Shown: positions 30,381-43,072 of the stretch, in pieces
Position numbering within the stretch: position 1 is the stretch's first letter
How the letters are laid out: every line of letters begins with the position of its first letter
Assembly (NCBI GenBank): GCA_035606945.1
Contig: DATNDR010000086.1
Location: forward strand, 9,145 to 73,144
DNA length: 64,000 nucleotides
From: Pseudonocardiaceae bacterium
GTDB lineage: Bacteria > Actinomycetota > Actinomycetes > Mycobacteriales > Pseudonocardiaceae
Direction: 5' to 3'
Notes under the pieces: generated by a model
Seen by the model: only the letters and a program-made list of their open reading frames with translations
Database searches by the model: none
What the model was told of the DNA's origin: nothing
Program-made: the position numbers and the translations under genes

Positions 30381-30413
30381 CACCGGTGCCGTCCTCCCCG
30401 GACGGCACCGGTG
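30381..30413. terminator. strong hairpin between convergent DUF2231-like gene and lsr2 (bidirectional terminator candidate)
   Basis: CACCGGTGCCGTCC (30381-30394), loop TCCCC, GGACGGCACCGGTG (30400-30413). The 14-bp stem is perfect. Confidence 0.7.
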
Positions 30414-30424
30414 GCCTACTGACC

Positions 30425-30775
30425 TTAGTTTCCCTTGTGGTAAGCATCCAATACCTCAGCCGGGATACGTCCACGGTCTGAGACGTTGAAACCGTTCTTA
30501 CGGGCCCACTCGCGGATCGCCGCGTTCTGCTCACGGTCTACCGATGCCCGACCACCGCTACTCGCGCGGCGGGCCGGACCACCTGCGGCCTTGCGGCGCC
30601 CGCCCGCCTTCCGAGCGTTGCTGACATAGTCAGCCAGCGAGTCACGCAGCTTCCCCGCGTTACCCGCCGACAGATCAATCTCGTAAGACACGCCGTCGAT
30701 ACCAAACTCAACGGTCTCTTCGGCAGTACCTCCGTCGAGGTCATCGACCAAGGTTACGGTGACCTTCTGCGCCAT
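30425..30775 (-). CDS. lsr2: nucleoid-associated protein Lsr2
   Basis: ATG 30775: [36 protein letters not shown]...[30 protein letters not shown]. This shows the canonical Lsr2 N-terminal dimerisation domain and C-terminal AT-hook-like RGR DNA-binding domain. Confidence 0.95.
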   Translation of the reverse strand: MAQKVTVTLVDDLDGGTAEETVEFGIDGVSYEIDLSAGNAGKLRDSLADYVSNARKAGGRRKAAGGPARRASSGGRASVDREQNAAIREWARKNGFNVSDRGRIPAEVLDAYHKGN

Positions 30776-30847
30776 GCGCGTCGTCCTCCCTCGGGGACGT
30801 AGTGGAGGGAGCCATCGCACGACGACTCCACAACGACAACGAGCAGG

Positions 30848-31725
30848 TTAGCCCATTTCCCTACAGAATGCGAAATCAACCCACCCATTGTGGTCGTACC
30901 AGCGGAAACACTGATGGTGTCTCGGATACACGAACCGGTGAGCGACATCAGCAGCCGGTCCATCCCCATTCCCAGCGGCCACTGTCGCGGCATTCCATAC
31001 TCCATCGCAGTCGTCAAGTCCTCGTCCAGTGGCATCACCGGTCACGGTGAGCGCGACTTGCGCCTCGAAACGTTCTCGTTGCACCACCGGGGTCAACCAG
31101 CTGGAGAGTAGGCAGTGACCGACTCAACGGATAGGATCTGGAGATCCCATTTCTCGACCAGACCTGCGCCGCTGCGGTGCCGCCGAGTCGGCGGACAGGT
31201 GTCCACCTGGATGTCCTTCGAAGGGCGGGCCGTATAGATCGAACACCACGAGGTGCTCGAACAACTCTTCTGCCGGCTTTACCGACTAGCCAGTCGGGAT
31301 GCACTGTGATGTGCGTGGTAGAGCAACTCGTCATGACGCGTCGCGGACTGATCTGTTCGCCGAGCGACTTCTGCGCCATCCCATGGGAGTCGGTGCGAGC
31401 CTCCAGCGATGCACCCCCATACATGGTCTGCCGGATCGGTGTCTCAACGTCGATGGACTCGAATGCGGCAACTCCCCGATCGAACGCATCAGTGCGCGTC
31501 CTGGCAGTGCGCCGGGCCGCATCGCCGACGATCAGATTGCGATAACGGTTGACCACCCAGGGTTTCCTCGGCCAGTTCCTCGGTGTGCGGTCGGAAGTGG
31601 ACGTAACGCTTTTGCGGCCGCACGCCATTCTCGACACTTGTACCGACAACCTCCGGTCGAACGAATTGGTGGTCACGGTGGGCAACCTCGTGGTCTGCGG
31701 TAGCCGTCGCGTCGCACCGCTACCG
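30848..31725 (-). pseudogene. lysS: lysyl-tRNA synthetase (class II) pseudogene
   Basis: LysS-like segments lie in three different frames on the minus strand. They read NRYRNLIVGDAARRTARTR...FESIDVETPIRQTMYGGAS; GLVEKWDLQILSVESVTAYSPAG*; TPVVQRERFEAQ; and [14 protein letters not shown]...[13 protein letters not shown]. The remnant is only ~0.88 kb against ~1.5 kb expected, and the N-terminal part is missing. It sits in the syntenic lsr2-lysS position. Confidence 0.85.
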
Positions 31726-31732
31726 TCTGTCC

Positions 31733-32521
31733 GTGGATGAGATGCACGCCCGGCGGGCGCGCTGTTTCGGATCCGTGGCGGCCAGCTACGCCAAGCACCG
31801 GCCGGATTACCCGGAACAGGCGGTGACGTGGGCGTTGGGCTCGGTACCGGACAGTGCGCGGGTACTCGATCTCGCTGCGGGCACTGGCAAGCTCACTGAG
31901 GCGATGCTGCGGTGTGGAATACCCGCGGCGGCAGTACTGGCCGTCGAACCAGACGACCGCATGCGCACGCAACTGTCCGCCCTGCTACCCACGGTCACGG
32001 TCCGCTTCGGGACGGCGGAGGAGATTCCGGCCGACGATGGGGCGCTGCACGCGGTCCTCGTCGGACAGGCGTTTCACTGGTTCGACCCCGACCGGGCGCT
32101 CGGCGAGATTACCCGCGTGCTGCGACCAGGGGGTGTACTGGCCGCGCTCGGCAACACCGAGGACGACTCGGTGGACTGGGTGGCCGAGCTGGCTGCGGCG
32201 GCACAGGCGCAGCGATCGGCCGGCATGGCCGGACGTGGCTTCGCCGACCTGCCCGAGCACCCGGCGTTCAGCGACCCGCAGCTGCGCGAATTTCGCTGGC
32301 GCTGGCCGCGCACCATCGACTCACTGCTGGACACCGTGTCGACCCATTCATGGGCCGTCACCACCTCACCCGATCAACGGGCCGCTACCTTCGCAGCGCT
32401 TCGCCGCTTCCTCGAAACGCATCCCAGCACCCGCGACGGCAGCTTCGAGCTCCCGATGCAGACACTGGTGCTCCGCACCACCCGCCGCGCCTGGAGCTGC
32501 TGGCGGCCGGGAGGGGCATGA
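31733..32521 (+). CDS. class I SAM-dependent methyltransferase
   Basis: VLDLAAGTGKLTEAM (motif I), LHAVLVGQAFHWF, LRPGGVLAAL. Confidence 0.8.
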   Translation: MDEMHARRARCFGSVAASYAKHRPDYPEQAVTWALGSVPDSARVLDLAAGTGKLTEAMLRCGIPAAAVLAVEPDDRMRTQLSALLPTVTVRFGTAEEIPADDGALHAVLVGQAFHWFDPDRALGEITRVLRPGGVLAALGNTEDDSVDWVAELAAAAQAQRSAGMAGRGFADLPEHPAFSDPQLREFRWRWPRTIDSLLDTVSTHSWAVTTSPDQRAATFAALRRFLETHPSTRDGSFELPMQTLVLRTTRRAWSCWRPGGA

Positions 32522-32533
32522 TTCGCCGCCCGG

Positions 32534-32589
32534 GGGCGACACGGTGCGCACCAGGGCGCGACACACCGGGCATGGAGGCGCGACACGCC
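32534..32589. repeat. GCGCGACAC-type degenerate tandem repeat (copy B)
   Basis: GGGCGACACGGTGCGCACCAGG GCGCGACACACCGGGCATGGAG GCGCGACACGCC, between the convergent methyltransferase and coaX genes. It is related to 24895-24944. Confidence 0.7.
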
Positions 32590-32601
32590 AGGGGGGTGGG
32601 G

Positions 32602-33390
32602 TCAGGAGGTGATGTTGCGGGCGAAGACCATCCGCAGGCCGCGCAGCGTCAGGTGGGGGGCGTGGTGGGTGATGGTGTGCGACTCGGCGATCAGCAGTGG
32701 GGCCAGCCCGCCGGTGGCGACGACCACCACGTCGCGCTCGGCTCCCGGAGCCAGCTCCGCGGCGATCCGCCGGACCAGCCCGTCGACCTGCCCGGCGAAG
32801 CCGTACAGCAAGCCGGATTGCAGGGCTTCCACAGTGTTCTTGCCGATCACCGACCGTGGTCGGATGAGCTGCACCTTCACCAGTTGAGCAGCCCTGGTCG
32901 CGAGCGCATCGATGGAGATCTCGATGCCCGGCGCCAGCGCCCCGCCGAGAAACTCGCCACGCGCGCTGACCACGTCGAAGTTGGTGGAGGTGCCGAAGTC
33001 GACCACGATCGCCGGGCCGCCGTAGAGGGTGTAGGCGGCCAGCGTGTTGACGATCCGGTCCGCGCCGACCTCGCGCGGGTTGTCGCAGAGCAACGGCACC
33101 CCGGTGCGCACCCCGGGCTCCACGATGACCCGGGGCAGCTGCGACCAGTACCGGTCCACCATCACGCGCAGCTCGCGCAGCACCGCGGGGACGGTGGACA
33201 GCGCCGCCACACCAGTGATCTTGTCGGAGAATTCGCCGAGCAGGCCGCGGAAGCTCAGCGCCATCTCGTCGGCGGTCATTCTGGCGTCGGTTCGCATCCG
33301 CCAGTCGTGCAGCAGGGCGGCCTCTTTGCCGGTTCCATCGAACAAGCCGAGGGAGATGTTGGTATTGCCGATGTCTACGGTGAGCAGCAC
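32602..33390 (-). CDS. coaX: type III pantothenate kinase
   Basis: GTG 33390: [17 protein letters not shown], with [12 protein letters not shown] and ATGGLAP motifs. Syntenic with Rv3600c. Confidence 0.92.
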   Translation of the reverse strand: MLLTVDIGNTNISLGLFDGTGKEAALLHDWRMRTDARMTADEMALSFRGLLGEFSDKITGVAALSTVPAVLRELRVMVDRYWSQLPRVIVEPGVRTGVPLLCDNPREVGADRIVNTLAAYTLYGGPAIVVDFGTSTNFDVVSARGEFLGGALAPGIEISIDALATRAAQLVKVQLIRPRSVIGKNTVEALQSGLLYGFAGQVDGLVRRIAAELAPGAERDVVVVATGGLAPLLIAESHTITHHAPHLTLRGLRMVFARNITS

Positions 33391-33773
33391 TCGGGTGCCC
33401 CCATCGCCGCGTCAGTGCCCTGGTGCACGATCCGGTTGTCGGCGTCGACGAACACCACCCGGGGCCGGTAGTGCCGGGATTCCGCGTCGTCCATCGTGCC
33501 GTAGGCGATGAGGATCACCAGATCGCCGGGCGCCACCAGATGCGCGGCGGCACCGTTGATCCCGATCACGCCGCTGGACCGGGCACCGGGGATGACGTAG
33601 GTCTCCAGCCGCGCTCCGTTGGTGACATCCACGATCGCGACCCGTTCGCCGGCGAGCAGGTCGGCGGCGTCCATCAGGTCTTCGTCCACCGTCACCGACC
33701 CCACGTAGTGCAGTTCCGAGTGCGTGACGGTAGCCCGGTGGATCTTGGACTTCAGCATCGTCCGGAACATCAT
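33375..33773 (-). CDS. panD: aspartate 1-decarboxylase
   Basis: [37 protein letters not shown], including the G-S self-cleavage site (VGS). Confidence 0.95.
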   Translation of the reverse strand: MMFRTMLKSKIHRATVTHSELHYVGSVTVDEDLMDAADLLAGERVAIVDVTNGARLETYVIPGARSSGVIGINGAAAHLVAPGDLVILIAYGTMDDAESRHYRPRVVFVDADNRIVHQGTDAAMGAPECCSP

Positions 33774-34639
33774 GAGCCTCCCATCTGCACGCAGACGTTG
33801 TCGATCAACCGGGTGCCCCCGACGGTGGCGGCGACCAGCAGCCGGGCCGGTCCCCGCTGCGGAGCGGGACCGAGTTCGGGACCGCGCAGCGCCAGGTAGT
33901 CCAGCACGACGGCAGGCTGCGCGGACAGCACCTTCCGGGCTGCGGCGAGCACCGCCTCGGGACCGTGCCGGCCGGCCCGCGCCCCAGCTGACAGCGCCGC
34001 CGGCAGCGTCGCGGCTGCGGCCCGCGCCGCGCTATCCAGATGAACGTTGCGAGACGACATCGCAAGCCCGTCAGCGTCGCGCACGGTGGGCAGCCCGACC
34101 ACCTGCACTCCCATCCGCAGGTCGGCCACCATCCGCTGGATGAGCACCAGCTGCTGGTAGTCCTTCTCGCCGAACAACGCGCAGTCCGGGCCGACGATCC
34201 CGAACAGCTTGGCCACCACCGTGAGCACCCCGACGAAGTGACCGGGCCGGCTGGCGCCTTCCAGCTCGGTACCCAGCGCCCCGGGCGCCACGGTGGTGCC
34301 CGACCCGGGCGGGTACATCGCCTCGGCGGAAGGCGCGAAGACCAGCTCCACACCTTCGGCCCGGCACACGGCGAAATCCGCATCGAGCTGGCGGGGGTAG
34401 CGGTCGAGATCATCACGCGCATCGAACTGGAGAGGATTGACGAAGATCGATACGACCACGATTGCGTCCGCGGCGCCCGGCGCGCGCGGGACGGCGTGCG
34501 CGGCTCGGATCAGCGAGCGGTGGCCGGCGTGCAGGGCTCCCATCGTCGGAACCAGGATGACTGGGCGGCCGGCTCGGCGTGCTGCCCGGGTGACCGACGC
34601 CGTCTCGGCGGGGTCCTCGCAGACGGTGGCGGTCGTCAC
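33770..34639 (-). CDS. panC: pantoate--beta-alanine ligase
   Basis: GTG 34639 overlaps the upstream stop (GTGA). It has [22 protein letters not shown] and FGEKDYQQ motifs. The longer supplied ORF (to 35065) overlaps the upstream gene in another frame. Confidence 0.92.
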   Translation of the reverse strand: MTTATVCEDPAETASVTRAARRAGRPVILVPTMGALHAGHRSLIRAAHAVPRAPGAADAIVVVSIFVNPLQFDARDDLDRYPRQLDADFAVCRAEGVELVFAPSAEAMYPPGSGTTVAPGALGTELEGASRPGHFVGVLTVVAKLFGIVGPDCALFGEKDYQQLVLIQRMVADLRMGVQVVGLPTVRDADGLAMSSRNVHLDSAARAAAATLPAALSAGARAGRHGPEAVLAAARKVLSAQPAVVLDYLALRGPELGPAPQRGPARLLVAATVGGTRLIDNVCVQMGGS

Positions 34640-35580
34640 CGGGGCTCCTGCAGGGTCTCCCGGATCTGGGTTGCGGCCGCAGGCGCCAGCAACCCGGCCG
34701 CCTCGGCCCGGTCGGCGGTGCGGCCGGCCTGCGTGCGGTACGGGTCGAGCAGCTCCGGAGCGGACTCCGCCAGCACCCGTAGGTGCAGCCGGACCGTGTC
34801 GAGGTCGCCGCGGGCCACCGGGCCGGTCAGGGCGCGGTCGCCGTGGCGCAGCGTGTTGTCCAGCGCGGCTTCCAGCAGCGGCCCCAGCAGCCGTTCGGCG
34901 GGCACCACACCGGCGTGTTTCAGGGTGTCCACCGCATCGCGCACCAGGGTGGCCAGGTGGTTGGCGCCGTGGGCGAGTGCTGCGTGGTAGAGCGGTCTGG
35001 CCTCGGACGGCACCCGTACCGGCTCGGCGCCCATCTCCAACACCAGCGCTTCGCCGACGCTCCAACCGGTCTCGTCGGCCACCGTGACGCCGACGCAGGC
35101 CCCGGCCAGCCGTGCGACGTCCTCCACGCGCCCGGTGAAGGTCATCACGGGATGCAGCGCCAGCGGCAGCACCCCGTGCTCGATCGCCGGTGCCAGCACG
35201 TCCACCCCGCGTGCGCCGCTGGTGTGCACCACGATCTGGCCGGCCCGGAACGCCCCAGTCGCGGCGAGCCCGGCTACCAGATCCACCAGCACGTCGTCGG
35301 GGACGGCGAGCAGGACGAGGTCACCACGGCGGACGACATCATCGGGGGCCAGCACCGGAGCCTCGGGGAGCAGGTCTGCGGCCCGGCGCAGCGATGCCCG
35401 GGATACCGCGCTGACGCCGACCACCACGTGCCCGGCACCGGACAGCGCGGCTCCCAGCACCGCTCCCACCCGGCCGGCGGAAACCACACCGACGGCGAGC
35501 CGGGCTGGACGGTCGGTCACGCCGCTGGGCGCAGCTGTACGGGACCGCGGCTTCCGTGGCGTCTGTGGCGTCGGAGCCAT
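34636..35580 (-). CDS. Rossmann-like / DUF2520 domain protein (Rv3603c-like)
   Basis: ATG 35580, GVVSAGRVGAVLGAALSGAGHVV dinucleotide-binding fold, and a conserved position between the PrsW-like gene and panC. Confidence 0.7.
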   Translation of the reverse strand: MAPTPQTPRKPRSRTAAPSGVTDRPARLAVGVVSAGRVGAVLGAALSGAGHVVVGVSAVSRASLRRAADLLPEAPVLAPDDVVRRGDLVLLAVPDDVLVDLVAGLAATGAFRAGQIVVHTSGARGVDVLAPAIEHGVLPLALHPVMTFTGRVEDVARLAGACVGVTVADETGWSVGEALVLEMGAEPVRVPSEARPLYHAALAHGANHLATLVRDAVDTLKHAGVVPAERLLGPLLEAALDNTLRHGDRALTGPVARGDLDTVRLHLRVLAESAPELLDPYRTQAGRTADRAEAAGLLAPAAATQIRETLQEPR

Positions 35581-35638
35581 CGCCGTGCCTCCCAACGTTC
35601 CAGTCCCACGCTGGCCGTGGGTACCGGACTGCCGCAGA

Positions 35639-36820
35639 TTAACCCCGCTCGTGGTCGGAGCGCCGCTTTGGGTGAGCAGCTTCACCTTGGGTGGCCTGCG
35701 GGGGGCTTACCGCGCGGTCTCGGGCGGCCTGCAGGTCGGCCAGTGCCTCGTGATGCCAGCGCCGGGTGTCGGGGCTGGCCGTGCCGCGCTGCACGCGGTC
35801 GGACAGGAACGCCAGCTCGTTGACCGCATTCTGATACTCCTGCACTGCACCGGCGGCACCGTCTCCGGAACGCCGGCGTACCTCGGCGCGCCATCCCCGC
35901 CGGCCGACCTGGCTGGCCAGCAGCGGGACCTCGGTGGGCGCGATCCAGCCGGCCCTGGCGAACCCCGGCAACGCCGCGGAGATCATCAGCTGCTCCCGGC
36001 GGCGTTGCCGGACCACCAGCGCGATCAGCGCGCCGAACAGCGGAACCATGATCACCCCGTAGACGGCCGGCAGGTAGCCCAGACCCGCCGAGGCGTTCCA
36101 CAGCGCGTGCAGCCCGACGGCGCCGAGATACCCGGCCACGACAGCGCCGCCACGGTGCACCAGCACCCCGCCGGCCAGGTTGCGCCGCCGGGCTACCAGG
36201 CCCACGGCGATCCCGGTGAGTGCGGTGAACACCGGATGCGCGAACGGTGACAGCACTCCCCGCAGCAGGAAGACATCGGCCACGCTGCCGCTGATGGCGA
36301 AAGCGCGCCCGAAGTAGAGGATGTTCTCGGTGAACGCGAAGCCCGCGGCGACCAGACCCGCGTAGACGACCCCGTCCACCAGCCCGTCGATCTCACGGCG
36401 CCGCACGCACAGCAGGCCGACCAGGAAGGCGCCCTTGAGTGCCTCCTCGACGATCGGAGCGGAGATCACCGCCGCGACGGCATCACCACCGCCGGTACCG
36501 AACCGATGCTCAGCGAACCCGGTCGCGGCGTCGTTGATCAGGGCTGCGCCGAGCACCGAGATTCCGGCACCCCACAGGAACGCGGCGAGCAGCAGCTTCG
36601 GTGGCTCCGGCTCCCAGCGATCCACCCACAGGAACGCGGCCACCACCGGCAGCACCGGAAACACCGCCGTCATCGTGCCGACCAGCACGGCAGAGCCGCC
36701 GATGGTGACGCTGATCAGACCGAGCGCGATGAGAACCGGGACGGCCAGCGCGATCAGCCCGAGCGCTGCCGGCAGTGCTGTCCGGTGATGTGTCACGGCC
36801 GGGGAGCCTATGCCCTCCAT
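35639..36820 (-). CDS. PrsW family intramembrane metalloprotease (Rv3604c-like)
   Basis: Multi-TM, with the APIVEEALKG (E-E-x-x-K) and GLHALWN motifs of the PrsW family, and a long Arg/Ala-rich cytoplasmic tail. Confidence 0.75.
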   Translation of the reverse strand: MEGIGSPAVTHHRTALPAALGLIALAVPVLIALGLISVTIGGSAVLVGTMTAVFPVLPVVAAFLWVDRWEPEPPKLLLAAFLWGAGISVLGAALINDAATGFAEHRFGTGGGDAVAAVISAPIVEEALKGAFLVGLLCVRRREIDGLVDGVVYAGLVAAGFAFTENILYFGRAFAISGSVADVFLLRGVLSPFAHPVFTALTGIAVGLVARRRNLAGGVLVHRGGAVVAGYLGAVGLHALWNASAGLGYLPAVYGVIMVPLFGALIALVVRQRRREQLMISAALPGFARAGWIAPTEVPLLASQVGRRGWRAEVRRRSGDGAAGAVQEYQNAVNELAFLSDRVQRGTASPDTRRWHHEALADLQAARDRAVSPPQATQGEAAHPKRRSDHERG

Positions 36821-36933
36821 ACTTCTGGAATGGCACTGAGCATCAACAGTGACCAGATCGACATGAATGCGACTGCGGCGCCCGATGCCGTTGCCGACCT
36901 GGGCCGGGTCCGGTCGGCGCCGTCGGCTGATCC

Positions 36934-37398
36934 CTATGTTTCCGGCCCCTGCGATTCATTGGGATCGTCCGGGGTGCGGCAGCAATGTTCCAGCCACAGT
37001 GCGGCTGCGACCAGCGCAGCGGCGCACACCGCCCCGATCGATGCGGTGATGGTGTCTGACGCCGCCGAGGCCAGTTCAGAGCGCAACGGCAGCACGTAGG
37101 CGAGCACGCCCAACCATGCTCCCCCGGTGATGGCGCCGGCCAGCGAGGAGGCCTTGGCCACCACGACGGCCTTCGCTGCGGTGAGTGCCTGCACCGGCCG
37201 GCTGCCCGGACGTTGCCGGATCCGGGCCCGCAGCGTATTGCCCAACACTCCCTCGGCGATCGCGAAGACGAGCAGCGTGGTGCCGGCCGGCTGCGGCAAC
37301 GTCGGCACCACACCGTAGGACAGCTGCAGCACCAGGTTCACCAGCACACCCGCAATGACCGCGGCCGCGATCAGGTCTCGCGCTCGGGTGAACGTCAC
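36934..37398 (-). CDS. DUF3180 membrane protein (Rv3605c-like)
   Basis: GTG 37398 overlaps the folK stop (GTGA). Four hydrophobic helices, in the conserved position downstream of folK. Confidence 0.7.
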   Translation of the reverse strand: MTFTRARDLIAAAVIAGVLVNLVLQLSYGVVPTLPQPAGTTLLVFAIAEGVLGNTLRARIRQRPGSRPVQALTAAKAVVVAKASSLAGAITGGAWLGVLAYVLPLRSELASAASDTITASIGAVCAAALVAAALWLEHCCRTPDDPNESQGPET

Positions 37399-37907
37399 GG
37401 TGACCGCAACCTCAGGTCGTCGCGGCGCTGCACACCTCGTCTGTCCTCGGCGGGCAGCGCGGCGACCAGGTCGGCTACCGCGCCATGGCCGGCGAGCACC
37501 GCGTCGGGGGCCACTTCCAGCCACGGCACCAGCACGAAGGCGCGCTTGTGGGCGCGCGGATGCGGCAGGGTCAACCGCGGGTCGTCCCGGCGGGTCTGCT
37601 CCACGTCGATCACGTCGACGTCCAGCGTGCGCGGGCCCCACCGCAACGTGCGGGTGCGCTGCGCGGCGGCTTCGCAGAGCTGCCCGCGGCGTAGCCACTC
37701 CTGGGCATCCGCGCCCGGGTCGTCGACCAGCAGCACGGCGTTGAGGAACTCATCCTGCGGCACTGCGCCCTCCACGGCGCCCCATGGCACAGTCTCGTAC
37801 ACCGCCGACACTGCCCGGACCACCTCCCCCAACTGGGCGACACATCCGCGTAGGTACCCCAGCCGGTCCCCCACGTTGGACCCGATCGACAGTACCGCCG
37901 TACTCAC
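37395..37907 (-). CDS. folK: 2-amino-4-hydroxy-6-hydroxymethyldihydropteridine pyrophosphokinase
   Basis: GTG 37907 is preceded by GGAGG. VLSIGSNVGDR, YETVPWG, GPRTLDVDVI and LPHPRAHKRAFVLVPW motifs. Confidence 0.9.
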   Translation of the reverse strand: MSTAVLSIGSNVGDRLGYLRGCVAQLGEVVRAVSAVYETVPWGAVEGAVPQDEFLNAVLLVDDPGADAQEWLRRGQLCEAAAQRTRTLRWGPRTLDVDVIDVEQTRRDDPRLTLPHPRAHKRAFVLVPWLEVAPDAVLAGHGAVADLVAALPAEDRRGVQRRDDLRLRSP

Positions 37908-37932
37908 CCCAGACCTCCGACCGACAGGGGCC

Positions 37933-38295
37933 TCATGAACGCTTCCGGCACAGGGTGACCGAGACATCGGTGAACGGTTGGGACAGGGGGGCATGGGGTT
38001 TATGGACGGTGATCTCGACGGCGTGCACGCGCTGATCGGTCAGGATCTCGGTGGCGATGCGCCCGGCGACGGTCTCGATCAGGTTGCAGGGATCTCCTCC
38101 CACAATGTCGGCGGCCCGCTGAGCCAGCGCGCCGTAGTCCAGCGTCGCGGACAGCTCGTCGGTGGCCGCGGCGGGCTCCAGGTCCAGCCAGACCGTCGCG
38201 TCGACGAAAAACTCCTGCCCGTCGCGCCGCTCGAAGTCGTGCACCCCGTGCCGGCCGTGCACCCGCAGCCCGGTGAGCGTGATCCGGTCGCTCAC
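37933..38295 (-). CDS. folB: dihydroneopterin aldolase
   Basis: GTG 38295 overlaps the folP stop. VSDRITLTGLRVHGRHGVHDFERRDGQEF...LDYGAL...LIETVA. Confidence 0.9.
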   Translation of the reverse strand: MSDRITLTGLRVHGRHGVHDFERRDGQEFFVDATVWLDLEPAAATDELSATLDYGALAQRAADIVGGDPCNLIETVAGRIATEILTDQRVHAVEITVHKPHAPLSQPFTDVSVTLCRKRS

Positions 38296-39161
38296 GGCGT
38301 GTCCCTGCCGCGGCCGGCAGGCTTGACGGCACCGAGGCGCCAGGCCGCGGCCACCGCGATGGCGTCCCGCGAGGCCGCCACATCGTGCACCCGGACTCCC
38401 CAGGCGCCGGCCGCGGCAGCCAGCGCGGACACTGCGGCGGTGGCGGTGTCCCGACCGTCGCAAGGCCGCGCCTGGCCGTCGTCACCGGCCAGCAAAGTGC
38501 CCAGGAATCGCTTGCGCGACGCCCCCACCAGTATCGGAAACCCCAGTTCGGTCAGCACGTCGAGGTGGCCCAGCAGGGCCCAGTTGTGCGCGGCCTTCTT
38601 GGCGAAGCCAAGCCCGGGATCGAGCACCAGCGCACCCGGATCCACTCCGGCGAGCACCGCAGCGTCCACCTGGGCCACCAGTTCGGCGCGCACCTCGGTG
38701 ACGACATCGGCATAGTGCGCCAGGTGGTCCATGGTCGCGCTGTGCCCGCGCCAGTGCATGAGGATCCACGGAACCCGGCACCGGGCCATCGTCGACGCCA
38801 TCGCGGGATCGGCCAGGCCGCCCGAGACGTCGTTGACGATGATTGCGCCGGCCTCCAGGGCGGCCTCGGCGACCGCCGCGCGGGTGGTGTCCACGCTGCA
38901 GAGCAGGCCACTGGCGGCCAGCTCACGGATCACCGGCACCACCCGGGCGATCTCGGTGGGTGCATCGACGCGACGGGCCCCCGGGCGGGTGGACTCGCCC
39001 CCGACGTCGATCAGGTCAGCGCCCTGGGCGCGCAGCGCCAGGCCGTGCGCCACTGCATCGTCGCGGTCGAGGTAGCGCCCACCATCGCTGAACGAGTCCG
39101 GAGTGACGTTGATGATGCCGATCACCACGCAGCGACCGGGATCGGGGATTGCGGGGTGCAC
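38292..39161 (-). CDS. folP: dihydropteroate synthase
   Basis: VIGIINVTPDSFSDGG, DVGGESTRPGA, VNDVSGG, LVGASRKRF. Confidence 0.93.
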   Translation of the reverse strand: MHPAIPDPGRCVVIGIINVTPDSFSDGGRYLDRDDAVAHGLALRAQGADLIDVGGESTRPGARRVDAPTEIARVVPVIRELAASGLLCSVDTTRAAVAEAALEAGAIIVNDVSGGLADPAMASTMARCRVPWILMHWRGHSATMDHLAHYADVVTEVRAELVAQVDAAVLAGVDPGALVLDPGLGFAKKAAHNWALLGHLDVLTELGFPILVGASRKRFLGTLLAGDDGQARPCDGRDTATAAVSALAAAAGAWGVRVHDVAASRDAIAVAAAWRLGAVKPAGRGRDTP

Positions 39162-39164
39162 CGG

Positions 39165-39776
39165 TCACCTCCGCATCATCAGCTCCAGCACCTCGCCGCG
39201 GGACGAGGCACTGGTCTTGAACAGTCCCCGGACCGCCGAGGTGGTGGTGGTCGAGCCGGGCTTGCGGACGCCGCGCATCGCCATGCACAGGTGCTCGGCT
39301 TCGATCACCACGATCACCCCCCGCGGTTCCAGCCGGCGCACCAGCGCGTCGGCGACCTGCGAGGTGAGCCGTTCCTGCACTTGTGGACGCCGGGCATACA
39401 GATCGACCAGCCGGACCAGCTTCGACAACCCGGTGATCCGACCCGCCGCGTTAGGGATGTAGCCGACGTGCGCCATGCCGTGAAACGGCACCAGGTGGTG
39501 CTCGCACTGGCTGTACATCGGGATGTCCCGGACCAGCACGAGCTCGTCGTGGCCCTCGTCGAAGGTCCGCTCCAGCACCGTGTCGGGGTCGAGGAACAGC
39601 CCGGCGAACATCTCCTGGTACGCCCGCGCGACCCGGGCCGGAGTTTCCCGCAACCCTTCCCGGTCCGGGTCCTCCCCGCACGCGATCAGCAGCTCCCGCA
39701 CCGCCGCCTCGGCCCGGATCCGGTCGAACACCCGGTGCGGCCCGACGTCCGGGTCCGAGTTGACGGTGCTGGTCAT
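39165..39776 (-). CDS. folE: GTP cyclohydrolase I
   Basis: ATG 39776, [38 protein letters not shown]. The upstream part of the supplied ORF overlaps the ftsH 3' end. Confidence 0.93.
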   Translation of the reverse strand: MTSTVNSDPDVGPHRVFDRIRAEAAVRELLIACGEDPDREGLRETPARVARAYQEMFAGLFLDPDTVLERTFDEGHDELVLVRDIPMYSQCEHHLVPFHGMAHVGYIPNAAGRITGLSKLVRLVDLYARRPQVQERLTSQVADALVRRLEPRGVIVVIEAEHLCMAMRGVRKPGSTTTTSAVRGLFKTSASSRGEVLELMMRR

Positions 39777-39856
39777 GGCCGGTCTCCGTGCGCTGGGAGC
39801 CCCACGCGCGGGATGTTCAATTGCGGGTTCAGCCGACTGGTGTCCAATTCGCCGGC

Positions 39857-42166
<2,310 letters not shown>

Positions 42167-42445
42167 TCGGCTACGGCCCTCGGTGGCCTCGACCCTCCTG
42201 AGCTACGTGCGCTGGACTGTTAAACGGTGCTGGCAGACCGTCGCAGGACAGCAGAGCACTCCCGTCGCCCCCACCCTACCCGGCAGCCCGGGTTGTCGGT
42301 TGGTGGATGATGACCCGGAGTTGACGCTGCGCCAGCGGCGTAAACCTTCTCCATGTCCGGTGCCCCATACCGGTGCCACCAGCCGGCCTAGCAGCGCCCA
42401 ACAACGTTCCTCCGGCATACACCACGGGCAGCTTCGCGGTAACCG

Positions 42446-43072
42446 CTAATCGGCGTAGATCTCTGGTGCCAGGGTGCCGATGTAGGGAAGATCACGGTAG
42501 CGCTCGCCGTAATCCAAACCGTAGCCGACGACGAACTCCTGGGGGATGTCGAAGCCGATGTAGCGCACCGGAACGTCGATCTGGATCGCGTCCGGCTTGC
42601 GCAACAGCGTGCACACCTCCAAAGTGGCCGGTCGGCGGGTCATCAGGTTGCGCAGCAGCCAGGACAGCGTCAGCCCCGAGTCGATGATGTCCTCCACCAC
42701 GAGCACGTGGCGCCCGGCGATGTCGCGATCGAGATCCTTGAGGATGCGGACCACCCCCGAGGACGAGGTCGACGAGCCGTATGACGACACCGCCATGAAT
42801 TCCAGCTGGACCGGGATGGGCAAGGCCCGGGCGAAGTCGGTCATGAACATCACCGCGCCCTTGAGCACGCCCACGAGCAGCAGATCACCATTGCTGTGTC
42901 CAGCTTGGTAATCGGCGGCTACCTGCTGCGCGAGCTCCCTGATGCGGCACCGGATCTGCCCTTCGGTAACCAGCACCGACGCGATCTCCCCCGCATACAG
43001 CGCCGTCCCATCACGCCCCGTCCCATCCCCTGCCGCCCCACCCCGGGCCGTCCCATCCCGACATGGAGACAT
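42446..43072 (-). CDS. hpt: hypoxanthine-guanine phosphoribosyltransferase
   Basis: [21 protein letters not shown] and [17 protein letters not shown] (PRPP loop), ending [11 protein letters not shown] 43072 gives 208 aa, similar in length to M. tuberculosis Hpt. This ATG lies inside the palindromic element. Confidence 0.85.
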   Translation of the reverse strand: MSPCRDGTARGGAAGDGTGRDGTALYAGEIASVLVTEGQIRCRIRELAQQVAADYQAGHSNGDLLLVGVLKGAVMFMTDFARALPIPVQLEFMAVSSYGSSTSSSGVVRILKDLDRDIAGRHVLVVEDIIDSGLTLSWLLRNLMTRRPATLEVCTLLRKPDAIQIDVPVRYIGFDIPQEFVVGYGLDYGERYRDLPYIGTLAPEIYAD

